From Prorocentrum cordatum (lineage: Eukaryota): 64,000 nt of DNA. Position numbers and translations under genes: made by a program. The notes under the pieces are model-generated. The model searched no databases, was not told the origin of the DNA, and saw nothing but the letters and a program-made list of their open reading frames with translations. The stretch is from positions 1 through 64,000 of the forward strand of contig CAUYUJ010000027.1 of assembly GCA_963575745.1 (NCBI GenBank), read 5' to 3'. Shown here in pieces: positions 1-12,471 of the stretch (the stretch's first letter is position 1; the number at the start of each line of letters is the position of its first letter).

Positions 1-789
1 CGATTTTTTGGAAGATATTTATTTAACCATTTTGAGAAAGCAGATTTTTCGCACCTGTAAACGACTATGAGGGCCTCTCTGTCTTAGTATAAGCTGCGTA
101 GGCGCACTTTTACTATCAAAACACTTGGCGAAACCATCTTCATGTCGACACGAAAAAAAATAATTTTTCTTTTTTTCGAGAAATGCTTCTTGAAGCTCTC
201 TCGTTTGACTCCGAGCACTCTCACGCATAAAATGAGCTCTACGAGGTTCCCGGCGGTGACCAGGTTGACGGTTCACCGCCGGCGCCAGTATTTGAAAGAT
301 ATTTGACCATTTATTTTGAGAAAGCAGATTTTTCGCACCTGTAGACGACTAGGAGGGCTTCTGCGTCTTAATATGAGCTCTGTAGATGCGCTTTTACTAT
401 CAAAACACTTGGCGAAACCAACTTCATGTCGACATGGAAAAAATCACGTTTTCTTATTTTCGAGAAATGCTTCCAGAAGCCCTCTCTTTTGATGCTGAGC
501 ACTCTCACGCGTGCCAGGAGCTCTACGAGATTCCCGGCGGTGTCCAGGTTGACGGTTCACCGCCGGCGCCAGTTCCGGGGAGCTGGAGAGCTAGTTGGCA
601 AGAAAAATCTCGACGGACCTTTTGCTGACTTTTGGTCGGTTGAACATTTTGTTCTCGAAATTTGACCATTCGTTAGAGCTCTAGTATTTTTCCTCATGAT
701 ATTCGATCTTATTCTCGCTCGCCATCTTGATCTCAGCTCGATCGGGTAACTTTGAAGGCCAAAAAGCAGGCAGGCGGGAACGGCCATTT

Positions 790-2170
790 CGAGTCATCTT
801 GATACGTGCTGTCAGTATTTTGTACTTAAGTCGAGCTGTAGGGCAGCTACAGTGCTGGTAAGCACAGCTATCGCACTCAGAATCATTAGGCGCGTTCGCC
901 TGTTCAATCCAGAGGTCTGAACTCGGTCTGCTACCCGAGCTAGGTCCGCAAACCTATTCGTATTATTCGAGTCAACTTGATATGCGCTGTCGGTATTTTG
1001 TACTTAACCCGAGCTGTAGGGCAGCCACAGTGTCTGTAAGCACACCTATCGCACTCAGAATCATCAGGCGCGTCCGCCTATTCAATCCAGAGGTCCGAAC
1101 TCGGTCTGCTACCCGAGCTAGGGTCGCAAACCTATTCGTGTTATTCCAGTCAACTTGATAGCGTTGTCGGTATTTTCTGCTAACTCGAGGTCTAGGGCAG
1201 CTACAGTGCTGGTAAGCACAGCTATCGCACTCAGAATCATCAGGCGCGTTCGCCTGTTCAATCCAGAGGTCTGAACTCGGTCTGCTACTCGAGCTAGGTC
1301 CGCAAACCTATTCGTATTATTCGAGTCAACTTGATACGCGTTGTCGGTATTTCCTACTTAACTCGAGGTGTAGGGCAGCTACAGTGCTGGTAAGCACGCC
1401 TATCGCACCCAGAATCATCAGGCGCGTTCGCCTGTCGAATCCAGAGGTCTGAACTCGGTCTGCTAGCCGAGCTAGGTCCGCAAACCTATTCGTATTATTC
1501 GAGTCAACTTGATACGTGTTGTCGGTATTTTCTGCTTAACTCGAGGTCTAGGGCAGCTACAGTGCTGGTAAGCACAGCTATCGCACTTTGAATCATCAGG
1601 CGCGTTCGCCTGTTCAATCCAGAGGTCTGAACTCGGTCTGCTATCCGAGCTAAGTCCGCAAACCTATTCGTATTATTCGAGTCATCTTGACAGACGCTCT
1701 TGGTTTTCTGTACTTAACTCGAGCTGTAGGGCAGGTAGAGGGCTCATTGTCACAGACATCGATGGGGAATCATCAGTCGCGTTCGTCTACTGAACCGAGA
1801 GCTCTGAACTCGGCCTGCTGCCCGAGCTAGATTTGCGAAACTATTCGTATTGTTGAATGATCTTGAGAAGTGCTCTCTGTCTTCTGCACTTAACTCGTGT
1901 TTGGGCCGGCTACAGTGCTGCGGGTCACATATATCGATTTGCACACATCAGGCGTGTTTGTCGATCGATTCCAGAGCTCGGAACTCGGTCTGCTGCTCGA
2001 ACTAGATCGGGAAAACTATTCTATTATTCGAGTCGATACTGTCGGTTTTCTGCACTTAACTCGGGCTGTAGGGGGGCTGCACGGCTGGGAATCACATGAG
2101 TGGATTGGCAGACATCAGACGCGGCCGCCTGTCGCATTCAGAGGTCTGAACTCGGTTTGATACCCGAACT
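790..2170 (+). repeat. Internal ~178-bp tandem repeat of an alpha element (present in every alpha copy)
   Basis: The anchor agaggtc(t/c)gaactcgg recurs at 911, 1089, 1265, 1443 and 1621 (period 176-178). Confidence 0.92.
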
Positions 2171-2280
2171 CGGTTGCGAAACTGTTTGTTTTTTGTTAAC
2201 GTTATCTTGATAGGTCTGGAATCGCTTGGGCTGAAAAACTAGTCGTTCTTTGGAGTTTTTTCCCACACTTTATATTTTCA

Positions 2281-2339
2281 GGAAGCTCTACGAGTCCCCC
2301 GGCGGTAAGAAAGGTTGACGGTTTACCGCCGGCGCCCAG
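2281..2339 (+). other. Example alpha right end: subTIR + hairpin + terminus
   Basis: ggaagctctacgagt (reverse complement of the left-end actcgtagagcttcc), stem ccggcggtaa/ttaccgccgg, then cgcccag followed by T. Confidence 0.9.
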
Positions 2340-2721
2340 TTCCGGCGCGGGGTGGAGCTAGTTGACCGACCCGGCGAGAAAGGACAAAGTGATAACTTTT
2401 GGGTGGTTTTGCAAATATTTGAAAGATATTTGACAATTCATTTTGAGAAAGCAGATTTTTCGCACCTGTAGTGGGTTAAGACGCGTCTTCCAGTAAAATT
2501 TTCAGGTCCGTAGGAGCAGTATTTCTATCAAAACACTTGGAGGAACCGACGTTCGATAAAAACAGAAAAACGTGATTTTTCGGTTTTTGGGTTTCTCACT
2601 CCAGAAGCTTACTCCCTGTGTTCTGAGAGGCGTGGTGTGAGAAAAGAGCTCTACGAGGGTCCCGGCGGTAACCTGGTTGACGGTTTACCGCCGGTTCCCA
2701 GTAGCTGGAAGCTAAGAGTAA

Positions 2722-3119
2722 TACCTCGTAGAGCTCTTCGGCATCGATGAGCTAGAGGAATTCCGGCGCGGGGTGGAGCTAGTTGGCCCACCCGGCCAGA
2801 AAGGACAAAGTGATAACTTTTGGGTGGTTTTGCAATTTTTTGAAAGATATTTGACAATTCATTTTGAGAAAGCAGATTTTTCGCACCTGTAAACGACTAT
2901 GACGGCCTCTCTGTCTTAGTATGAGCTCCGTAGGCGCAATCTTACTATCAAAACACTTGGAGGAACCATCTTCACGTCGACGCGAAAAAATCAATTTTCC
3001 CCGTTTTCGAGAAATTCTTCCAGGAGCTCTCTCTTTCGAATCTGAAGAATCTTAGGCGTGAAAGGAGCTCTACGAGGTTCCCGGCGGTGACTAGGTTGAC
3101 GGTTCACCGCCGGCGCCAG
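2722..3119 (+). mobile_element. Complete beta element (398 bp)
   Basis: Starts tacctcgtagagctc and ends gagctctacgaggttcccggcggtga..tcaccgccggcgccag. It sits in an alpha leader (gagtaa|ttccgg, resuming at 4212). Confidence 0.85.
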
Positions 3120-5547
3120 TACCTCGTAGAGCTCTTCGACGAGATGAGCTAAGAGGAATTCGGGCGCAGGGTGGAGCTAGTTGGCCGACCCGACCAAAAG
3201 AGACAATGTGGTAACCTGGGGTCGGTTTTTGGAACATTGTGCAAGATTTGACAATTCGTTTTCATAAGTTGGATTTTTCCTACCTACAATAAGCTATGGC
3301 GCATCTGCTGGTAAAATTTTCAGGGCTCTAGAAGCAATATTACTATCAAAAGACTTGCGGGAACCGACTTTGCCCGCAGTACAGTTTGGCAGGTGACGGT
3401 GGTTGGCTTTACTTAACTCGAGCTGTCAGCAATCTACAGACCTCTCACGCACACCAGTCGATGCAGAATGATCTGACGCGTCACACTGGAAGCTCGAGAG
3501 TTCCTAGAAATGGCTGAGTCAGGAGTTATGATCGAAATACCGTCTCTATGTATGCGTGTTGCGAACGGTGTTTCGATGATAATTCGAGCTGAGTGCATGC
3601 TATGCATGCCAGGTGCATTCCAATCGAAGCAGCGACATGCGAGACATCGAATGAGCCTCGAGAGTGCCCAAATTGATTAGAATTTTCAAAATTAATGAAA
3701 AATATCGATTTGTACAATTTTATATTTTTTGTGTCGGATGATTTTTTTCTAATTTATATCGATCTATGGGTGAGCTAGAGAGTTCTGGTGCATTTTTGTC
3801 GACGCAGAATGGTCTCGCGCTCTCACTGAGAGCGCGAGACTTCATATGAATAGCTTCGCTGGGAGTGAGAACTTTGGTCCAGCCGGCCGAGGCGGACAAT
3901 GTGACAACTTTTGGGTGGTTTTGCAATTTTTTGAAAGATATTTGACAATTCATTTTGAAAAAGCAGATTTTTACTCCGAGCATTGAGATATAAACTTCGT
4001 TCCCTGATCAGCTCGGCCATCTAGAGTCATTTTCAGTACCAGTTCACTTGAAGGAACCGACTTCATGTTGACTCCGAAAAAATCTCAACTTGAAGTTTTT
4101 GTAGAAAAGCTCCCAGAAGCTCCCGCTTTGATGCTGAGCTTTCTCACGGATTCAAGGAGCTCTACGAGGTTCCCGGCGGTGACCAGGTTGACGGTTCACC
4201 GCCGGCGCCAGTTCCGGCGCGCTGGAGAGCTAGTTGGCAAGAAAAATCTCGACGGACCTTTTGCTGACTTTTGCTCGGTTGAAAATTTGTTCTCGAAATT
4301 TGACCATTCGTTAGAGCTCTAGTATTTTTTCCCATGATATTCGATCTTATTCCCGCTCGCCATCTTGATCTCAGCTCGATCGGGTAACTTTGAAGGCCAA
4401 AAAGCGCAGGCGGGAACGGCCGGTTCGAGTCATCTTGATACGCGCTATCGGTATTTCGTACTTAACTCGAGCTGTAGGCAGCTACAGAGCTGGTGAGCAC
4501 AGCTATCGCACTCAGAATTATCGCGCGCGTTCGCCTGTTGAAACCAGAGGTCTGAACTCGGTCTGCCAGCCGAGCTAGGTTCGCAAACCTATTTGTATTA
4601 TTCGAGTCATCTTGATAGACACTCTCGGTTTTCTGTACTTAACTCGAGCTTTAGGGCAGCTACAGTGCTTGTAAGCACAGCTATCGCTCTCAGAATCATC
4701 ACGCGCGTTCGTCTGTTGAATCCAGAGGTCTGAACTCGGTCTGCTAGCCGAGCTAGGTCCGCAAACCTATCAGTATTATTGGAGTGATCTTGATAGACGC
4801 TCTCGGTTTTCTGTACTTAACTCGAGCTGTAGGGCAGCTACAGGGCTCATTGTGACAGACATCGCTGGGGAATTATCAGTCGCGTTCGTCTATCGTACCG
4901 AGAGCTCTGAACTCGGCCTGCTGCCCGAGCTAGGTTCGCGAAGCTGTTCGTATTGTCCGAATGATCTTGAGACATGCTCTCAATTTTCTGCACTCAACTC
5001 GTGCTGGGGAAGGGCTACAGTGCTGCAGGTCGCATGTATCGATTTGCACACATCAGGCACGTCTTTCGGTCGATTCCAGAGCTCGGAACTCGGTCTGCTG
5101 CTCGAACTAGGTTCGCAAAACTATTATATTATTCGAATCGATACTGTCGGTTTTCTGCACTTAACTCGGGCTGTAGGGGGGCTTCAGTGCTGGGAATCAC
5201 ATGAGTGGATTCGCAGACATCAGACGCGCCCGCCTGTCGCATTCAGAGGTCTCAACTCGGTTTGATACTCGAACTGGGTTGCGAAACTGTTCGTTTTTTG
5301 TTAGCGTCATCTTGAGAGGTCTGAAATCGCTTGGGCTTAAAAAATAGTCGTTCTTTCGAGTTTTTTCCACAGTATATATTGTCAGGAAGCTCTACGAGTC
5401 CCCCGGCGGTAAGAAAGGTTGACGGTTTACCGCCGGCGCCCAGTAATAACTCGTAGAGCTTCCCTTAGCTAGTTATAGCTGGAAGAGTACCTCGTAGAGC
5501 TCTTCGGCATCGATGAGCTAGAGGAATTCGGCGCGGGGTGGAGCTAG

Positions 5548-6792
5548 TAACTCGTAGAGCTTCCCTTAGCTAGTTATAGCTGGAAGCTAAGAGTAATTCC
5601 GGCGCGCCCCACAGCTAGTTGGCTCGAAAAATCTCGACGGAACTTGGAACTTTTGACTTTTGCTCGGTTGAAAATTTTGTTCTCGAAATTTGACAATTCG
5701 TTAGAGCTCTAGTATTTTTTCCCGTGATATTCGATCTTATTCCCGCTCGCCATCTTGATCTCAGCTCGATCGGGTAACTTTGAAGGCCAAAAAGCACGGT
5801 GGCGGGATCGGCCGTTTCGAGTCATCTTGATATGCGCTGACGGTTTTCTGAACATAACTCGAGCTCTAGGGCAGCTACAGAGCTGGTAAGCACAGCTAAC
5901 TCATGCAGAATGATCAGGCGCGTTCGCCTGTTCAACCCAGAGGTCTGAACTCGGTCTGTCAGCCGAGCTAGGTTCGCAAACCTGTTTGTATTATTCGAGT
6001 CAACTTGACACGCGTTGTAGATATTTTCTACTTAACTCGAGCTATAGGGCAGCTACAGTGCCGGTAAGCACCCCTATCGCACTCAGAATGATCAGACGCG
6101 TTCGCCTGTTGAATCCATAGGTCTAAACTCGGTCTGCTAGCCGAGCTAGGTACGCAAACCTATTCGTATTATTCGAGTCAACTTGATACACGTTGTCGGT
6201 ATTTTCCACTTAACTCGAGCTGTAGGGCAGCTACCGCGCTGGTAAGCACCCCTATCGCACTCAGAATGATCAGACGCGTTCGCCTGTTGAATCCATAGGT
6301 CTAAACTCGGTCTGCTAGCCGAGCTAGGTCCGCAAACCTATTCGTATTATTCGAGTGAACTTGCTACGCGTTGTCGGTATTTTCCACTTAACTCGAGCTG
6401 TAGGGCAGCTACCGTGCTGGTAAGCACACCTACCGCACTCAGAATCATCAGGCGCGTTCGCCTGTTGAATCCAGAGGTCTGAACTCGGTCTGCTAGCCGA
6501 TCGAGAATCACGAAACTGTTCGTATTCTTCCAGTTAGCTTGAGAGCTACTGTCGGCGTTCTGCATTTAATTCGGGCTGTAGGGAGGCTGCAGGGCGGGTA
6601 ATCACAGGAATCGATTCGGAGACATCAGACGCGTCCGTCTGTCGCATTCAGAGGTCTGGACTCGGTCTGATACTCGAGTTGGGCGCAAAAACTATTCGTT
6701 CTCTGCAATTTTTTCCGACAGTATATGTTGTCAGGAAGCTCTACGAGTCCCCCGGCGGTAACAAAGGTTGACGGTTTACCGCCGGCGCCCAG
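5548..6792 (+). mobile_element. Complete alpha element C
   Basis: Both termini and the internal 178-bp repeats are present; no TSD. Confidence 0.85.
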
Positions 6793-6828
6793 TTGGCCCA
6801 CCCGGCCGAGGCGGACAATGTGGCAACT

Positions 6829-8033
6829 TAACTCGTAGAGCTTCCCTTAGCTAGTTATAGCTGGAAGCTAAGAGTAATTCCGGCGCGCTGGAGAGCTAGT
6901 TGGCTTTGACAATTCGTTAGAGCTCTAGTATTTTTTCCCGTGATATTCGATCTTATTCCCGCTCGCCATCTTGATCTCAGCTCGATCGGGTAACTTTGAA
7001 GGCCAAAAAGCACACTGGCGGGAACGGCCGTTTCGAGTCATCTTGATACGCGCTGTCGGTATTTTGTACTTAACTCGAGCTTCAGGACAGCTACAGAGCT
7101 GGTAAGCACAGCTATCGCACTCAGAATCATCAGGCGCGTTCGCCTGTTGAATCCAAAGGTCTGAACTCGCTCTGCCAGCCGAGCTAGGTCAAACCTATTC
7201 GTATTCTTCGAGTCAACTTGATACGCGTTGTCGGTATTTTCTACTTAACTCGAGCTGTAGGGCACCTACAGTGCTGGTAAGCACACCTATCGCACTCAGA
7301 ATCATCAGGCGCGTTCGCCTGTTGACTCGATAGGTCTGAACTCGGTCTGCTAGTCGAGCTAGCTCCGCAAACCTATTCGTATTATTCGAGTCAACCTGAT
7401 ACGTGTTGTCGGTATTTTCTACTTAACTCGAGCTGTAGGGCAGCTACAGTGCTGGTTAGCACAGCTATCGCACTCAGAATCATCAGGCGCGTTCGCCTGG
7501 ATTGAACTCGGTCTGCTAGCCGAGCTACGTGCGCAAACCTATTCGTATTATTCGAGTCAACTTGATATGCGTGCGTATTATTCGAGTCAACTTGATATGC
7601 GTGGTGGGTATTTTGTACTTAATTCGAGATGCAGGGCAGCTACAGTGCTGGTAAGCACACCTATCGCACTCAGAATCATCAGGGGTGTTCGTCCGCCTGT
7701 TGGATCCAGAGCTCCGAACTCGGTCTGCTGCCCAAATTAGATCGGCACAACTTCTATATTGTTCGAGTCATTCTCAAAAGTGCTGTCGGTTTTCTGCACC
7801 TACCTCGGGCCTGTAGGGGGGCGGCAGGGCTGGTGACAGAAGTCGATTCGGAGACATCAGACGTCCGCCTGTCGCATTCAGAGGTCAACAAATATTGACT
7901 ATAAGTCGGAATGTTGGATGCGCGGTTTTCTCAACCAGTGTTGGATGCGCGGTTTTCTCAACTAACATCAAGGTAGGAAGCTCTACGAGTCCCCGGCGGT
8001 AACCAAGGTTGACGGTTTACCGCCGGCGCCCAG
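6829..8033 (+). mobile_element. Complete alpha element D
   Basis: Both termini are present; no TSD. Confidence 0.85.
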
Positions 8034-11000
8034 TTTGGGTGGTTTTGCGATTTTTTGAAAGATATTTGACCATTTATTTTGAGAAAGCAGATTTTTACGC
8101 CGAGCATCGGCATATAAACTCCTCTCCGGTAGCAGCTCAGCTCTCCTGTTGCATTTTTACACGAGTTGACTTCCAGAACCTGAGCGAATATGAACACTGA
8201 AAAAAATCGAATTTGAAGATTTTCGAAACATCTCAATTTTTTGACTCTGTGTCGATTCTCTGCACTCTTACCAGTAAAAGGAGCTCTACGAGGTTCCCGG
8301 CGGTGACCAGGTTGACGGTTCACCGCCGGCGCCAGTAATTCCGGCGCGCTGGAGAGCTAGTTGGCAAGAAAAATCTCGACGGACCTTTTGCTGACTTTTG
8401 CTCGGTTGAAAATTTCGTTCTCGAAATTTGACCATTCGTTAGAGCTCTAGTATTTTTTCCCATGATATTCGATCTTATTCCCGCTCGCCATCTTGATCTC
8501 AGCTCGATCGGGTAACTTTGAAGGCCAAAAAGCGCACGGGCGGGAACGGCCGGTTCGAGTCATCTTGATACGCGCTATCGGTATTTTGTACTTAACTCGA
8601 GCTGTAGGGCAGCTACAGAGCTGGTGAGCACAGCTATCGCACTCAGAATTATCACGCGCGTTCGCCTGTTGAAACCAGAGGTCTGAACTCGGTCTGCCAG
8701 CCGAGCTAGGTTCGCAAACCTATTTGTATTATTCGAGTCATCTTGATAGACACTCTCGGTTTTCTGTACTTAACTCGAGCTTTAGGGCAGCTACAGTGCT
8801 TGTAAGCACAGCTATCGCTCTCAGAATCATCACGCGCGTTCGTCTGTTGAATCCAGAGGTCTGAACTCGGTCTGCTAGCCGAGCTAGGTCCGCAAACCTA
8901 TCAGTATTATTGGAGTGATCTTGATAGACGCTCTCGGTTTTCTGTACTTAACTCGAGCTGTAGGGCAGCTACAGGGCTCATTGTGACAGACATCGCTGGG
9001 GAATTATCAGTCGCGTTCGTCTATCGTACCGAGAGCTCTGAACTCGGCCTGCTGCCCGAGCTAGGTTCGCGAAGCTGTTCGTATTGTCCGAATGATCTTG
9101 AGACATGCTCTCAATTTTCTGCACTCAACTCGTGCTGGGGAAGGGCTACAGTGCTGCAGGTCGCATGTATCGATTTGCACACATCAGGCACGTCTTTCGG
9201 TCGATTCCAGAGCTCGGAACTCGGTCTGCTGCTCGAACTAGGTTCGCAAAACTATTATATTATTCGAATCGATACTGTCGGTTTTCTGCACTTAACTCGG
9301 GCTGTAGGGGGGCTTCAGTGCTGGGAATCACATGAGTGGATTCGCAGACATCAGACGCGCCCGCCTGTCGCATTCAGAGGTCTCAACTCGGTTTGATACT
9401 CGAACTGGGTTGCGAAACTGTTCGTTTTTTGTTAGCGTCATCTTGAGAGGTCTGAAATCGCTTGGGCTTAAAAAATAGTCGTTCTTTCGAGTTTTTTTCC
9501 ACAGTATATATTGTCAGGAAGCTCTACGAGTCCCCCGGCGGTAAGAAAGGTTGACGGTTTACCGCCGGCGCCCAGTTCCGGGGAGCTGGAGAGCTAGTTG
9601 GCAAGAAAAATCTCGACGGACCTTTTGGTGACTTTTGGTCGGTTGAAAATTTTGTTCTAAAAATTTGACCATTCGTTAGAGCTCTAGTATTTTTTCTCAT
9701 GATATTCGATCTTATTCCCGCTCGCCATCTTGATCTCAGCTCGATCGGGTAACTTTGAAGGCCAAAAAGCAGGCAGGCGGGAACGGCCGTTTCGAGTCAT
9801 CTTGATACGCGCTGTCGGTTTTCTCAAGATGCTGCGCAATCCAGAATCACGAAACTGTTCGTATTCTTCCAGTCATCTTGAGAGCTACTGTCGGCGTTCT
9901 GCACTTTACTCGGGCTGTGGGAGGCTGCAGGGCGGGTAATCACATGAATCGATTCGGAGACATCAGACGCGTCCGTCTGTCGCATTCAGAGGTCTGAACT
10001 CGGTCTAAGACTCGAGTTGGACTGAAAAACTATTCGTTCTCTGCATTTTTTTTCGACATTATATGTTGTCAGGAAGCTCTACGAGTCCCCCGGCGGTAAC
10101 AAAGGTTGACGGTTTACCGCCGGCGCCCAGTCTTGATACGCGCTGTCGGTTTTCTCAAGATAACTCGAGCTTCAGGACAACTACAGAGCTGGTCAGCACA
10201 GCTAATGCATTCAGAATGATCAGGCGCGTTCGCCTGTTGAATCCAGAGGTCTGAACTCGGTCTGCTAGCCGAGCTAGGGTCGCAAACCTATTCGTATTAT
10301 TCGAGTTATTGTAGCAGACGCTCTCGGTTTTTCGTACTTAACTCGATCTGTAGGGCAGCCACAGAGCTGATAATCACAGAAATCGATTGAGAATTATCAG
10401 GCGCGTTCGTCTGTTGAATCGAGAGCTCTGAACTCGGCCTGCTCCCCGAGCTAGGTTCGCGAACCTATTGGTACTCTTCGAGTCATCTTGAGAAGTGCTC
10501 TCGGTTTTCTGTACTTAAATCGTGCTGGGGGAGGGCTACAGTGCTGCTGGTCACAGAAATCGATTTCGAGACATCAGGCGCGTCCGTTCGTCGAACCGAG
10601 AGCTCGGAACTCGGTCTGCTGCTCGAACGAGATCCGCGACACTGTTGTATTATTCGAGTCATTCTGAGAGGTACTCTCGGTTTTCTAATTTAACTCAGGC
10701 TCTATGGGGGGCTGCAGAGCTGGTAATCACAGGAATCGATCCGGAGACATCATACGCGTCCGCCTCTCGCATTCAGAGGTCTGAACTCGGTTTCATACTC
10801 GAGCTCGATTGGAAAACTGTTCGTTTGTTTTGTTAGAGTCATCTTGAGAGGTCTATAATCGCTTGGGCTGAAAAACTAGTCGTTCTCTGCAATTCTTTCC
10901 CACATTATATATTGTCAGGAAGCTCTACGAGTCCCCCGGCGGTAAGAAAGGTTGACGGTTTACCGCCGGCGCCCAGTTGGCAAGACAAATCTCGACGGAC

Positions 11001-12024
11001 CTTTTGGTGACTTTTGGTCGGTTGAAAATTTCGTTCTCAAAATTTGACCATTCGTTAGAGCTCTAGTTTTTTTTCTCATGATATATGATCTTATTCCCGC
11101 TCGCCATCTTGATCTCAGCTCGATCGGGTGACTTTGAAGGCCAAAAAGCAGGCAGGCGGGAACGGCCGTTTCGAGTCATCTTGATACGCGCTGTCGGTTT
11201 TCTCAAGATAACTCGAGCTTCAGGACATCTACAGAGCTGGTCAGCACAGCTAATGCATTCAGAATGATCAGACGCGTTCGCCTGTTGAATCCAGAGGTCT
11301 GAACTCGGTCTGCTAGCCGAGCTAGGGTCGCAAACCTATTCGTATTATTCGAGTCATTGTAGCAGACGCTCTCGGTTTTTCGTACTTAACTCGATCTGTA
11401 GGGCAGCCACAGAGCTGATAATCACAGGAATCGATTCAGAATTTTCAGGCGCGCTCATCTGTTGAATCAAGAGCTCTGAACTCGGCCTGCTCCCCGAGCT
11501 AGGTTCGCGAACCTATTTGTATTGTTCGAGTCATCTTGAGAAGTGCTCTCGGTTTTCTGTACTTGAATCGTGCTGGAGGGGGCTACAGTGCTGCTGGTCA
11601 CAGGAATCGATTTCGAGACATCAGGCGCGTCCGTTCGTCGAACCGAGAGCTCGGAACTCGGTCTGCTGCTCGAACGAGATCCGCGAAACTGTTGTATTAT
11701 TCGAGTCATCCTGAGAGGTACTCTCGATTTTCTGCACTTAACTCGGGCTGTATGGGGGGCTGCAGAGCTGGTAATCACAGGAATCGATCCGCAGACATCA
11801 GACGCGTCCGCCTGTCGCATTCAGAGGTCTGAACTCGGTTTCATACTCGAGCTCGATTGGAAAACTGTTCGTTTGTTTTGTTAGAGTCATCTTCAGAGGT
11901 CTATAATCGCTTGGGCTGGGAAACTAGTCGTTCTCTGAAATTCTCTTCCACATTGTATATTGTCAGGAAGCTCTACGAGTCCCCCGGCGGTAAGAAAGGT
12001 TGACGGTTTACCGCCGGCGCCCAG

Positions 12025-12422
12025 TACCTCGTAGAGCTCTTCGGCATCGATGAGCTAGAGGAATTCCGGCGCGGGGTGGAGCTAGTTGGCCCAGCCGGCC
12101 GAGGCGGACAATGTGGTAACTTTTGGGTGGTTTTGCGAAAATTTGAAAGATATTTGACCATTTATTTTGAGAAAGCAGATTTTTACGCCGAGCATTGGCA
12201 TCTAAACTCCTCTCTGACAGCAGCTCAGCTCTCTCTATGCATTTTTGCATGAGTTGACTTCCGGGAACTCAGCGAATATGAATATCGAAAAAATCGAATT
12301 TCAAGATTTTCGAAAAATCTATTTTTTTTGATTCTGTCTCGGTTCTCTGCGCTCTTACCAGTGAGAGGAGCTCTACGAGGTTCCCGGTGGTGGCCAGGTT
12401 GACGGTTCACCGCCGGCGCCAG
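12025..12422 (+). mobile_element. Complete beta element (398 bp)
   Basis: Both termini are present; it directly abuts the alpha right end at 12024. Confidence 0.85.
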
Positions 12423-12471
12423 TGGACGCTTTCAAGTGACAAATTTGGGTGGTTTTGCAAACATTCAAACT

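Larger units (their letters stand above)
5488..8335 (+). mobile_element. Beta element B, interrupted twice
   Basis: Pieces 5488-5547, 6793-6828 and 8034-8335 rejoin into one beta element (gagctag|ttggcc; caact|tttgggtgg). Confidence 0.85.
5447..9575 (+). mobile_element. Alpha element A, interrupted by nested B, C and D
   Basis: Stub 5447-5487 resumes at 8336 (ggaagag|taattccgg). Its own host reads taa|ttccgggg across 5446/9576. Confidence 0.85.
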
